DNA from: Chitinophagaceae bacterium
GTDB taxonomy: Bacteria > Bacteroidota > Bacteroidia > Chitinophagales > Chitinophagaceae
Assembly (NCBI GenBank): GCA_025351145.1
Contig: JANXWM010000329.1
Coordinates: forward strand, 1-38,185
Reading direction: 5' to 3'
Length of the DNA stretch: 38,185 nucleotides
Part shown: piece after piece, positions 9,019-18,760 of the stretch
How the letters are laid out: each line of letters begins with the position of its first letter
Numbering within the stretch: position 1 is the first letter of the stretch
Made by a program: the position numbers and the translations under genes
Notes under the pieces: generated by a model
Databases searched by the model: none
Seen by the model: the letters and a program-made list of their open reading frames with translations, nothing else
Told to the model about the DNA's origin: nothing

Positions 9019-9175
9019 TTTCGGATCATAATTGGGCTATCAACAGCCGGGGACGAGTAGCATTAATGGCAGTAATATTTTTGGCCTATAAATAAATGCA
9101 AACATTACCACAAGCACAATCCTTTCAAAAAACACAGCAGGACTGCATAGGAATTGCCCCGTAGAATTACCGAAC

Positions 9176-9233
9176 GTACAAGAGTGCGACGCAAGAAAAG
9201 CTTTATAGTATTCCCATTGCCCGGCCCAAAAAA
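9176..9233 (+). repeat. Dispersed element copy 6
   Basis: Exact core at 9176-9194, 24-nt spacer, GCCCGGCCCAAAAAA abutting TTA at 9234. Confidence 0.95.
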
Positions 9234-10817
9234 TTATTGTTTATCAATCTCTACAATCGCTGCTACTGCTGCCTTTTGGCCTGCCTGCGTTTTAAAATAA
9301 ATAGTGCCTGTGGAAGTATTGGTGAAGGTTACGCCACTAATGGTATTCTACCTTGTAGCGGCATTTACCGCCTGAGGAAAGCCGCTGCCCCGGTTACTGT
9401 TTACTGCTGCATTTAAACTAAACACGTTCATAGAATCTTTGCTTACTACTACTGCAAGTAAATCTTTATTGCCAATACTGTCGGCCATCATAGTCATACC
9501 ACGGGGGAACAAACGGTAACCCGTAATGCCGCAGTAGGGAGAATATTTTGTGCGGGTTGGGTCATTCTTCATGGGGTAAGGGAAAAGCACGTAACTGCTT
9601 CCGTCGGTTTCCATGCCCAGCACATATACATAACATTCGCTGCTGTTTTTTACTTCCATTTTAAATTGAGTGCCCTTTATAATAGCAGTGCTTGTTTGAA
9701 AAGTGTTGCCTGCCTTTAAACGCATCGGAATATATTGTTTGGTTTTATTCTCAACCAAACCAATACTGCATTCAAGGTTTTGAGCGGCAGCGCTCCCCTT
9801 TTTAGGCATTGGGTTTAGGCCATAAGCTTCGCGTACAAAATGTTTAAAATCGTTGTAGCGAATAAAGGCTACACCATTTTGCCCCCATTGATTGCCCCAG
9901 CTATTGAGTATTTGAAATGCGCCACCTTCTTTGCGGTCGTCGTATCCAATTACGCACATGGCGTGACCGCCGAAACCCATCATATTATAATCTTCGTCAG
10001 TCGGATGCCACACAGATTGCTCCATCATATCCTGCATAAAACTGCCGCCAACCATCATGCCTATTACTACGGGAACATCTTTGGCAAGATGCTCTTTAAT
10101 GGCATACAGGTCAATATTATTTACATTATCTCCGTCAGTTAATCTGGTAAAGCCAAGCATGCGGAATTGCGATGCTTCCTGCTTTAGATTACCCGATGGC
10201 TGGGTACTGCAATCCTGGTCGTTGTATGGAAAGTCGTTATAAGGTATGGCACCCACTTTGGTCATGGTTTCCATAGCACGTATAATGTAACTGCCCTGGC
10301 AACCATCAAGGCCAATCTGGTTGTATAAAAATGAAGGGCTAAACTTTACCTGGTCTGGATCTACGCCCGATATTGTTGATTCCAAAATGGTTCTTGCACC
10401 GTAAGCGCTGCTCCACGCTACGCAGCTTCCCTGCTGCCCCTGGTCGCCGGGGCTGGGTGCGAATTTAAGCAGTGACACTGCTTCAGGCAGGTTGTTTTTG
10501 CTTTCATCGGTTGCTTCATATATCTGCGCTTTATCAAATTGTTTTGGGTCGAGTATGCCTCCGGTTGCCAGTTGAGAAGCCTGCTGTGTTAAGCCTGTGC
10601 AACCTCCTTTAAAGTAAAGAAAACCGCCCACAATGAGTACCAGCACCAAACCTACGGGGTTCTTTATCAAACCAAACAGCAAAGGCAGCAAACCGAAGAT
10701 GCCACCGCCTCCGCCTCCACCCGGGAAACGGTCACCGCCGCTGCCATTGCCATTATTATTATTATTTCCGCTGTTATCAAAGCGGTCATTGGGGTCGTCA
10801 ACCATTCTTATAGGCAT
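9234..10817 (-). CDS. Membrane-anchored papain-like (C1) cysteine peptidase with C-terminal beta domain; in-frame TAG at 9348-9350
   Basis: DQGQQGSCVAW (Cys), GGHAMCVIGY (His), ILNSWG (Asn); N-terminal hydrophobic segment; frame continues 37 codons past the TAG to TAA at 9234-9236. Confidence 0.9.
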
Positions 10818-10872
10818 GATGTATCATTTTTTTCTGGCACTAATTTAGAATAATCGTGAATGTATTAAGAAG

Positions 10873-10928
10873 TTTTTTAACCAGGCATAAGACTATAAAG
10901 CGGCTTTACTTGCGTCGCACTCTTTTAC
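10873..10928 (-). repeat. Dispersed element copy 7
   Basis: TTGCGTCGCACTCTTTTAC at 10910-10928, 23-nt spacer, tail GCCTGGTTAAAAAA. Confidence 0.9.
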
Positions 10929-11026
10929 TCAATAACTTATTGAGCAAAAAAGCAGCCTTTGTGCCTTTTAAAAATAAATTTTTATGGCATTGAAATTTTG
11001 GGAGTTAGCTGATATATGTTCCAAAT

Positions 11027-11082
11027 GTACAAGAGTGCGACGCAAGTAAAGCCTGATAGCGTTCAAAATATCTGGCTAAAAA
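11027..11082 (+). repeat. Dispersed element copy 8
   Basis: Exact core at 11027-11045, 24-nt spacer, ATCTGGCTAAAAA. Confidence 0.9.
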
Positions 11083-11423
11083 TATCTGCCAAAACATTCA
11101 TTAGCAAAGATTAATAATTGTCAATTTTTATTATGCTTTATATTTTTTCGTCTTCACCCTGGCTGCTTTTTCTAAAAAATCAACTATGCCGGGCAGCAAT
11201 AAAACAAAACCCAAAACGCAGGCTTAACTATTCTTTTATCCAAATTGCGCCAAACTTGAAAAAAAATCATATTTTTATTTTCTTGAACAAAAAAAAATTA
11301 AAACACCTTCCTATGACCTTAACTACATTTAACCCAGAAAACGCCACATTCAAAAAGCGGGTTCGTTTAATTAGCCGTTTCTTGATAACAGGAAATAACA
11401 TATCACTATTTAATAAAATATCC

Positions 11424-12878
11424 ATGAAAAATCCTACATTAATCAAAGCATTTACCGCTTCTGCTATGTTTATCTTAACTGGTTCTTTGGCTTCGGCGCA
11501 ATGCAGTAATTTCAAGCTCAATAACAGCAGTAATCCTTTAAAAGGATTTTCAGTTTCTTCTGGTCTGGAAAGCCGTCCTTTTTTCATTGATATCGACGGA
11601 GACGGTGACCTGGATTGCTTTAGCGGCGAATACAACATCAATATAAAAGATCAATCAAAAATTTATTTTTTCAGGAACGAGGGAACAAATGCCCATCCAT
11701 CTTTTAAGAAAATTAATGGGGTCGGCAACCCTCTTGATAAAGTATCTATTCCTGTACTCACCATTCCTTACTTTATAGATATTGATGCAGACGGTGATTA
11801 TGATTGTTTCATTGGCGATGGTACCAGCGGTGCCATAAGGTATTATAAAAATGTGGGAACTGCAACAAATCCCTCATTTGAAAAACAATCTGCTGCAATG
11901 AATCCATTGAGTATGGTAAAACTCTCGGCGCAATCCATGGCCGAACCAGCATTTGCGGATATTGATGGCGATGGCGATATTGATTGCCTGGTAACTGATT
12001 TATATGGTGATGAATACTATTATAAAAATACCGGAACTGCGAAACAACCTCTTTTCGAGCATGTAACAGGAAAGGATAACCCATTTGAGTTTTTAAAAGA
12101 AATGGAAAGCAATGGATCATCTTTTTACGACTGGAACCATGATGGTTTACAGGATCTTTTCATGGGAACGGAGTATTATAAAAATATTGGAACCAAAACT
12201 GAACCCGCTTTTGAGAAAAATGAATCTGAGGGACCAAATTTTTCTTCCGGCTCATTTCTTTTACCGGTACGGTGGGTAATATTGGGCAGCAAAAGTTCAA
12301 TTTGCGCCATTACCGGAACAGCCGCAGGTACGTTTAATTTTCACACTACTGCTCCCGAAGTTTCTATTACACCAAAAGACAAGCAAACTATAGCTGCAGG
12401 AAGTTCTGTTACCCTGCATATTTCACCTGAAATTACCGGGTACACTTACCAATGGGTAAAAGATGGCAAAGCGCTTAAAGGTGCTACCGCAAACCAGCTT
12501 ACTGTAAACAAACCCGGCAATTACAGCCTTGAGGTTAACGGAAGTTGCGGAAACGTATCTACCAACACAACTTATATAAATACAAGGGGTACTTCTATTG
12601 ATGCCGCCGTTTCTGAAAGTGTTACCGCAGAAAATCCATTGTTGCAGGTTCAGGCATATCCCAATCCTGCAAAAGATGAATTTATTGTAAGTCTTCCTGC
12701 GGGTTTAAGCAATGCTTCAACTATCCGCATCGTTAACCTGCTGGGCAAAATTATGCAGACACAAAAAGTAAACAGCGGTGTTTTAAAGTTTGGAAAAGAA
12801 TTATCAGCCGGTATTTATTTTATGCAGATTATAGATGCTGATAAACTAATTTACCAGCAAAAATTAATAAAAGAATAG
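11424..12878 (+). CDS. T9SS-secreted protein with FG-GAP/VCBS-like repeats, Ig-like domain and type A sorting domain
   Basis: DIDGDGDLD-type repeats with Y.N.GT...P.F; YTYQWVKDG; C-terminal YPNPA...GIYF...KLIKE; signal peptide from MKNPTL at 11424. Confidence 0.9.
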   Translation: MKNPTLIKAFTASAMFILTGSLASAQCSNFKLNNSSNPLKGFSVSSGLESRPFFIDIDGDGDLDCFSGEYNINIKDQSKIYFFRNEGTNAHPSFKKINGVGNPLDKVSIPVLTIPYFIDIDADGDYDCFIGDGTSGAIRYYKNVGTATNPSFEKQSAAMNPLSMVKLSAQSMAEPAFADIDGDGDIDCLVTDLYGDEYYYKNTGTAKQPLFEHVTGKDNPFEFLKEMESNGSSFYDWNHDGLQDLFMGTEYYKNIGTKTEPAFEKNESEGPNFSSGSFLLPVRWVILGSKSSICAITGTAAGTFNFHTTAPEVSITPKDKQTIAAGSSVTLHISPEITGYTYQWVKDGKALKGATANQLTVNKPGNYSLEVNGSCGNVSTNTTYINTRGTSIDAAVSESVTAENPLLQVQAYPNPAKDEFIVSLPAGLSNASTIRIVNLLGKIMQTQKVNSGVLKFGKELSAGIYFMQIIDADKLIYQQKLIKE

Positions 12879-12893
12879 TAAGTTATTTAAGAT

Positions 12894-12924
12894 AAAAAAG
12901 CTCCATTATTGATGGAGCTTTTTT
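12894..12924. terminator. Bidirectional intrinsic terminator
   Basis: AAAAAAGCTCCAT-TATTG-ATGGAGCTTTTTT. Confidence 0.85.
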
Positions 12925-12925
12925 A

Positions 12926-12985
12926 TTTGGTACCAGGCAAAAAGCCGGAATACTATTAAGTTTTACTTGCGTCGCACTCTTGTAC
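12926..12985 (-). repeat. Dispersed element copy 9
   Basis: Exact core at 12967-12985, 28-nt spacer, tail GCCTGGTACCAAA. Confidence 0.9.
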
Positions 12986-13029
12986 TGCATATCTTTATTG
13001 TACTTCAGGCCGTGTATGCAAATTCGTTT

Positions 13030-14181
13030 TTAAACAAGCAGTTCATTGAAAGCCGCGGGCAAAAAAACAGCCGCGGGCACACTGCCCATAATCTTTAATT
13101 CTTCGCTAAAATTTGTTTCATTGTCTAAAAACTTCAGCACACGCAGCGGCGGGTTTTTTTTAAAGAGTTGTTCAAATATTTTATCGCCACCCATTTTTTT
13201 CTGTTGAAGAATATTAAGTAAAACACTGTCGTATAAACCAAACCTTCTTTGCGAAAAAGATTGTGCAATATGCGGATTATTATTATTTACCAGCGCATTG
13301 CTTATTGCGTCCGCCTGCTTTTGTATAAACTGAAAAGTAAAGCCGCTGCTTGCTTTTGTTTGCCCACCTGCAGTGCCAATATTTATGATATTGCCGTAAG
13401 CTTTTGAGAATGAATAATCCGTCATCGGTATTACACCGAATTCTTCTTCAGCAACAGCGTAATTCCTGATTTCTAAATATGTTTCAATGTATTGCTTCAG
13501 GGCTTCATCGTACTCATGCGGCTGCAACAATTTTTCTGTAAAGAGTGTATATTCTACCAGCGCTATATTTGGTGATACGGGCAGCATATAAGCAAATGTG
13601 GTTCCGTGGTTTTGGCTCACCCGGAAATCCATAAAAGTCGCAACATGTTCATTAAAAACATTGGTGGGTGTTTCTATTAACCAGCCTTTAAAATGCTGCA
13701 GTAAATTGTATTTTCCTTTGGGTTCATTTAAAACATCGTAAAATAAAATGCTGTTGAAAATGTAACCGGCTTCAAACTGCTGATCACCGGCTTTTACAAT
13801 AGGTTTATTGTTTTCAGCGGTTAATGATTGAACCTTGCCATAATAAAAATGAATATTTGATTTTTGTTTTGCTTTTTCTAAAACGCAGTTATAAAAATCA
13901 ATCCCCCGGATCATTTTATACTCGTAAGGTTCAAGATCGAACCTTGCTAAGTAACCGGTTGAATAAAAATCAATCTGCTTCCATCGGTGATGAACAATTT
14001 CTTCAAATACGCCGGCCTGCTGTTCCCAAAAGCACCAGGTTCTGTCGTTGTTGTTTTTGGGCGACTGATCAATAACCAATATTTGCTTATCAATAAAGAA
14101 AGGATGCTGTATCATGCGGTAGAGCAGGCTTAAGCCTGCGCATCCTGCACCCGTGATGATATAGTCGTAATGATTGGTCAA
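13030..14181 (-). CDS. crtY: Lycopene beta-cyclase
   Basis: YDYIITGAGCAGLSL, NDRTWCFW, FMDFR, ALVEYT, EFGVIPM, IGTAGGQTKASSG; the first 24 codons of the tracked ORF lie in repeat DNA, so the start is probably TTG at 14181. Confidence 0.88.
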   Translation of the reverse strand: MTNHYDYIITGAGCAGLSLLYRMIQHPFFIDKQILVIDQSPKNNNDRTWCFWEQQAGVFEEIVHHRWKQIDFYSTGYLARFDLEPYEYKMIRGIDFYNCVLEKAKQKSNIHFYYGKVQSLTAENNKPIVKAGDQQFEAGYIFNSILFYDVLNEPKGKYNLLQHFKGWLIETPTNVFNEHVATFMDFRVSQNHGTTFAYMLPVSPNIALVEYTLFTEKLLQPHEYDEALKQYIETYLEIRNYAVAEEEFGVIPMTDYSFSKAYGNIINIGTAGGQTKASSGFTFQFIQKQADAISNALVNNNNPHIAQSFSQRRFGLYDSVLLNILQQKKMGGDKIFEQLFKKNPPLRVLKFLDNETNFSEELKIMGSVPAAVFLPAAFNELLV

Positions 14182-14219
14182 TAGTGTGTGGCTGTTGAAA
14201 GCTGAATCAATATCTGAAC

Positions 14220-14273
14220 GTACAAGTGTGCGACGCAAGGAACGATCAATCAATGAACTTCTGTTGGGTTAAA
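14220..14273 (+). repeat. Dispersed element copy 10 (overlaps the crtZ 3' end)
   Basis: GTACAAGTGTGCGACGCAA at 14220-14238, 24-nt spacer, GTTGGGTTAAA. Confidence 0.9.
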
Positions 14274-14750
14274 GGTATTGTTCTTAATTGCCTCATCACG
14301 TTTTATTTTGTCCCAATATTTTTTTGCAATGATGAGCATACCAAAACTTTCGCCGTCTTCTTTTTCTAAATGTTTGTGATGCATTTTATGCGCCCAGCGA
14401 ATGGCATTTACATAGCGGCTGCTGCTTTTAGCAAACAGTTTAAAACGTTGATGAATGATAATTTCGTGCACCAGAAAATAAGCAAACCCATATAGGGCAA
14501 TACCGGCACCAATGCTTACAGAAATACAGTTTTGGTACATGCTGCCCAGCATAATACAAAGCCAGCTTGGTATGGCAAAAATGAGGAAAAATGCATCGTT
14601 TTTTTCGAAGAAACCTTTGGCGGGTTTATGATGATCTTCGTGCAGGTACCAGAGAAAACCATGCATTACATATTTATGTGTAAACCATGTAATGGGTTCC
14701 ATTAAAACGAACACAGCAATTGCAATAAAAATATAAATAATGAGGCTCAT
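14250..14750 (-). CDS. crtZ: Beta-carotene hydroxylase
   Basis: HKYVMHG, HEDHH, FEKND, HEIIIHQR and HKMHH histidine boxes. Confidence 0.93.
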   Translation of the reverse strand: MSLIIYIFIAIAVFVLMEPITWFTHKYVMHGFLWYLHEDHHKPAKGFFEKNDAFFLIFAIPSWLCIMLGSMYQNCISVSIGAGIALYGFAYFLVHEIIIHQRFKLFAKSSSRYVNAIRWAHKMHHKHLEKEDGESFGMLIIAKKYWDKIKRDEAIKNNTFNPTEVH

Positions 14751-15436
14751 AAAAATGTTTGAAGCACGAGGAAAAACAATAACTGTATAATAAACAAATG
14801 TACTGCGAATTGGTTGTGTTTATCGAATTTCATAAAGCGGAAAACTGTTAATAGCGTCGCGCTGATGATGAACCAGCAGAGATAATTGTACAAGGGTATT
14901 TCGCCATTGGGCAGCCATTGCCAGAAACCAAGCTGCTGCGCCGCAGGCTCCATTATCCAGTCGAAAAAAGTAGCGAGCATAGCGGCATCTATAACAAAAG
15001 AAAACAGCTTTACATAATTGGAAGGCTGGTTATTTGCTTCCAGTTTTCTATACACCCATTCACTTACTCCATTTGTAATTGTGCCTGCGCAAAACATAAT
15101 TACAAACCAATTAATGCCGATCACTAAAGGCACAGCAAAAATTTTATTTCCAAGAACATCGCCGTAACGGTAGTTACCAAAAAGATAGCCGGTATTAACG
15201 CCAATAATTTCGGTAAGCATGCCTGTTGCAAAACATAAAATTATAAAGCCATAAAAAGCAATATTTTTTTCCCGTTGAGTGAACAGCAGCAAAGCCGCCA
15301 TGAGTAAGAGGTTGAGCGGCGTATTGCTGATAAACCATGCTTTATACGGCGTAAACAAAATACCAATTACACCGCTTACATGAAACAGCAGCGCAATAAA
15401 TAAAGCAATATTTGTTTTTTGTTTATAAGAGATCAC
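14747..15436 (-). CDS. cruF: Carotenoid biosynthesis membrane protein, CruF-like 1,2-hydratase
   Basis: EIIGVNTG.LFGNY.Y...LG.KI..VPL.IG.NW, D..MEP.A..LGFW.W, PLYNY..WF; location in the crt cluster. Confidence 0.8.
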   Translation of the reverse strand: MISYKQKTNIALFIALLFHVSGVIGILFTPYKAWFISNTPLNLLLMAALLLFTQREKNIAFYGFIILCFATGMLTEIIGVNTGYLFGNYRYGDVLGNKIFAVPLVIGINWFVIMFCAGTITNGVSEWVYRKLEANNQPSNYVKLFSFVIDAAMLATFFDWIMEPAAQQLGFWQWLPNGEIPLYNYLCWFIISATLLTVFRFMKFDKHNQFAVHLFIIQLLFFLVLQTFL

Positions 15437-15456
15437 TCGTTGTTAATTGGTAATGA

Positions 15457-15514
15457 TTTTTTGTACCGGGCAGCATTACTACTATTTGGCTTCTGTTGCG
15501 TCGCACCCTTGTAC
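15457..15514 (-). repeat. Dispersed element copy 11
   Basis: TTGCGTCGCACCCTTGTAC at 15496-15514, 24-nt spacer, tail GCCCGGTACAAAAAA. Confidence 0.95.
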
Positions 15515-15573
15515 TGCAGTAATACCGTGGAGCAATAAACAGCCAGCTTTCCGTCCGGTTAATGTAAAACAGT

Positions 15574-17058
15574 TTACTCAAAATCCTCTGCCACTATTTC
15601 ACTCAAAATTTTTGCACTTTTTAAACACAACGGAATACCACCACCAGGATGCACGCTGCCCCCTGCAAAGTACAACCCTTTTATTTGTTTACTAAAATTG
15701 GGGTGCCGCAGAAATGCCGCCATTTTTGAATTGGAACTGCTGCCATACAGGGAACCCATATAAGAAGATGTTTTTTCTTCGATCATAATAGGGGCAAGTA
15801 CTTGTTCCGTTTCTATTAATGGCTCAATATCAGTTTTTAAAATACGGTTGAGTTTATTAATTATATTTTTTCGGCATTGCTGGTTGTACAAATCCCAGTC
15901 CTGGCCAATATTGGCTGGTGCATTTACCATTACAAACCAGTTCTCTTTTCCAGCAGGAGCCTGGATGCCCGGCTCACATTTACTCGTGATATTGATGTAA
16001 ACAGTAGGGTCGCTAAATAGTTTTTTGTACTTGAACAAATGATCAAATTCTGCCTTATAATTTTCACTGAAAAAAATGTTGTGCAATTCCAGTTGTGGAA
16101 ATTCCGCGGACATACCCCAGTAGAAAACCATGGCACTACTGCTGCGTTCCTGCTTTAATATTTGTCTTGATTTTATTTCATCGTTTAATAAATATTTATA
16201 AGTGCCATAAACATCCATATTGCTTACCACAATATCAGCATCTATGTTTTGGTGACCCGCAACAATGCCTTTTATTTTTCCCTGGTTTTCAATAATTCTT
16301 TGTACAGGCTGATTAAAATTAAACTGCACCCCCATTTTTAAAGCCAATTGATATAGTGCATTAGTAATGCTGATCATACCGCCTTTGGGATAAAAAATTC
16401 CTTCGTTGTATTCAAGATGGGGAATAAGGCAAAGCATACCCGGAGCTTTATAAGGATTGCTGCCATTGTAAGTAGCATACCGGTTGAACAACTGAACAGT
16501 ATGTGGATTTTTAAAGTAAGAACTGTTAACCTGGTTCATACTTTTAAAAAGGTATTTCCATTTAACAGAGCTGATTGCTTTTTTAAGCGGAGCCTTAAAA
16601 AGTGATCTTAATTTATGCAATGAGTAATTAAGAAATACCCTGCCAATATTGTTGTATAATTTTTCTGAATGCTGCAGATATTGCTTTAGATTATTTTTAT
16701 CTTCTTCCAGCTTATCAGACAGTTCTTCAGCGAATTTTTCTGAATCGCCATAAGCATTAATTATGGCACCATCTTCATAAAAATACTTACATGCAATTGA
16801 TACAGGTGTATAGTGAAAATAATCATTGATGTTTTCACCAGCCAGTTCAAAAAGTTCTTCAATATTGTATGGCTGTGTAAACAGGCTCGGGCCAGCATCG
16901 AAATGAAAGCCTTCTTTTTCAAAGTGGCTTAACTTACCGCCAGGATACTCATTTTTTTCAAACACTGTTACTTGCAAACCCTGCACCGCAAGCCGTATTG
17001 CACTGGCAAGGCCAGCAACGCCACTTCCTGTAACTATTGCGTGTAAAGGAGTTTTCAT
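15574..17058 (-). CDS. crtD: 1-hydroxycarotenoid 3,4-desaturase
   Basis: GSGVAGL, FDAGPSLFT, RYATYNGSNPY, LYGSSSN...AFLRHPN, GGSVHPGGGIPLCL. Confidence 0.85.
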   Translation of the reverse strand: MKTPLHAIVTGSGVAGLASAIRLAVQGLQVTVFEKNEYPGGKLSHFEKEGFHFDAGPSLFTQPYNIEELFELAGENINDYFHYTPVSIACKYFYEDGAIINAYGDSEKFAEELSDKLEEDKNNLKQYLQHSEKLYNNIGRVFLNYSLHKLRSLFKAPLKKAISSVKWKYLFKSMNQVNSSYFKNPHTVQLFNRYATYNGSNPYKAPGMLCLIPHLEYNEGIFYPKGGMISITNALYQLALKMGVQFNFNQPVQRIIENQGKIKGIVAGHQNIDADIVVSNMDVYGTYKYLLNDEIKSRQILKQERSSSAMVFYWGMSAEFPQLELHNIFFSENYKAEFDHLFKYKKLFSDPTVYINITSKCEPGIQAPAGKENWFVMVNAPANIGQDWDLYNQQCRKNIINKLNRILKTDIEPLIETEQVLAPIMIEEKTSSYMGSLYGSSSNSKMAAFLRHPNFSKQIKGLYFAGGSVHPGGGIPLCLKSAKILSEIVAEDFE

Positions 17059-17095
17059 AACCGTTTGGTAAAAGCTGAAAGTTAGTTACAAATGA

Positions 17096-17623
17096 TTATT
17101 GAAAAGATAATTGCTGATTCCACCAATTTTGAATTTGTGGAAATGCAATAATAAACCACACAGAATATTTATGCGGGTTAATTTTTAGACTGGCTTCAAT
17201 ATCATTCATCGATTTGTAAGTATAGTCTTGAACTTCATCCGGATTAGGAAGAATAGCATCGTTGAAGGTGCCTGTAAAAACATGATCAAATTCGTGCTCG
17301 GTTAATCCGTTGTCGAAAGATGCTTTATAGGTAAATTCAAATATTTTTTTTAGTGGGGTTTCAAAACCCAGTTCTTCTTTTAATCTTCTTTGTGAGGCAG
17401 CTAAAACATCTTCTCCCGGGCGGGGATGGCTACAGCAGGCATTGGCCCATAAGCCTGCACTATGGTATTTTTTTGCTGCTCTTTGCTGCAGCAGCATTTC
17501 TCCTTTGGTATTAAAAATAAAAACACTTATAGCCCGGTGCAGCAATGCTTTTTCATGGGCTTCCATCTTTTCCATTAAGCCCGCTTCTTCGTCCCGTTCA
17601 TTTACCAGAATAACTTGTTCCAT
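17096..17623 (-). CDS. idi: Isopentenyl-diphosphate delta-isomerase, type 1
   Basis: LHRAISVF, W.NACCSHP, RRLKEELG, EHEFDHVF. Confidence 0.95.
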   Translation of the reverse strand: MEQVILVNERDEEAGLMEKMEAHEKALLHRAISVFIFNTKGEMLLQQRAAKKYHSAGLWANACCSHPRPGEDVLAASQRRLKEELGFETPLKKIFEFTYKASFDNGLTEHEFDHVFTGTFNDAILPNPDEVQDYTYKSMNDIEASLKINPHKYSVWFIIAFPQIQNWWNQQLSFQ

Positions 17624-17715
17624 GTGTTAAAAATAAGCATTAGCCTGAGTTGTAACCCATACAGCGTGTTGATATTTATTTTGCTTTTGCATTTAGTGCT
17701 GCCAATGGGTATGCT

Positions 17716-17773
17716 GTACAAGAGTGCGACGCAAGTAAAGCTTCATAGATATTCTTTGCCCGGTAAAAAAAAA
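17716..17773 (+). repeat. Dispersed element copy 12
   Basis: Exact core at 17716-17734, 23-nt spacer, GCCCGGTAAAAAAAAA ending 1 nt from the crtB stop. Confidence 0.95.
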
Positions 17774-17774
17774 T

Positions 17775-18611
17775 TTACAATAAATTAAACTGGCTCCTAA
17801 GGCTTGCTTTAGCTACAATAAAAGCCTTTCCATAATTGGGTATGCGCACCCGCTCTTCAAGAATGGTATGCGGTTGTAACTTCTTTATTTTTTTAAAAAG
17901 CGATAGGTAATATTTATAAGCAACATATACGCCAAACCGTGCTTTAGAGGGCAATTGAACAATGCCTTTATAAGCATGATCAAAGTCTTTCTGAATGTCT
18001 TCTTCAATTGCACGCTTCTGCGGTTCGGTAAAATTCCTGAAATCGCAGCCGGGAAAATACATGCGGTTCAATCCTTCGAAATCATTCTTGATATCGCGTA
18101 AAAAATTTACTTTTTGAAATGCCGCACCAAGGCTTCCTGCATAAGGTTTTAACTGCTCATATTGCGCAGCATTACCTTCGCAAAAAACGTATAAACACAT
18201 TAAACCAACCACTTCGGCGCTGCCATAAATATATTCTTCATAACCACCTGCATCGTATTTATGATTACTTAAATCAAGCTCCATGCTTGTAAAGAAAGCA
18301 TCCACAAACTGCAGGTCAATTTTAAAATAATTTACTGTTATCTGAAAGCTGTGCAAGATGGGATTGAGGCTTATTTTCCGTTCTATAGCCAGGTAAGTTT
18401 CTTTCTTAAATTCGGCCAGCAGTGTGGCTTTATCATAGCTGTGAAAGGTGTCTACAATCTCATCAGCAAAACGCACAAACCCATATATATTGTGTATATG
18501 CGGCCGCAGGTCTTTATTCAAAAGTTTTATGGCCGATGAAAAAGAAGTGCTGTACCGCTGCGTTGTAGCCCGGCTGCACTCTTCACTCACTTCATGAAAA
18601 AGTTTCATCAT
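17775..18611 (-). CDS. crtB: Phytoene synthase
   Basis: YSTSF, YGFVRFADEIVD, YIYGSAEVVGLMC, LGAAFQKVNFLRD. Confidence 0.95.
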   Translation of the reverse strand: MMKLFHEVSEECSRATTQRYSTSFSSAIKLLNKDLRPHIHNIYGFVRFADEIVDTFHSYDKATLLAEFKKETYLAIERKISLNPILHSFQITVNYFKIDLQFVDAFFTSMELDLSNHKYDAGGYEEYIYGSAEVVGLMCLYVFCEGNAAQYEQLKPYAGSLGAAFQKVNFLRDIKNDFEGLNRMYFPGCDFRNFTEPQKRAIEEDIQKDFDHAYKGIVQLPSKARFGVYVAYKYYLSLFKKIKKLQPHTILEERVRIPNYGKAFIVAKASLRSQFNLL

Positions 18612-18668
18612 TTTTTGTTACCAGCTTTTAGTTCTTTGGTCATCGCCTCTTGTGTCACTCACTTGTAC
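18612..18668 (-). repeat. Dispersed element copy 13 (diverged core)
   Basis: TTGTGTCACTCACTTGTAC at 18650-18668, 24-nt spacer, tail GCTGGTAACAAAAA running into the crtB ATG. Confidence 0.8.
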
Positions 18669-18760
18669 GTTCCATGTATATTGAGCTTTTACCAAAGCGA
18701 ATATTTAAATACAATTTTAAACGAAAAATGTTTTTATAAATAAGCAATTTTAAAAGTGAT

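Noticed and set aside
838-9350. Stop-codon reassignment explaining in-frame stops at 838, 1160 and 9348
   Set aside because: Two different codons are involved, and TAG/TGA end intact genes such as rpsA and the DUF4870 gene; decay or sequence error is simpler
11118-11423. 102-aa N-terminal extension of the FG-GAP protein
   Set aside because: AT-rich open frame from a TTG; the signal peptide starts at 11424
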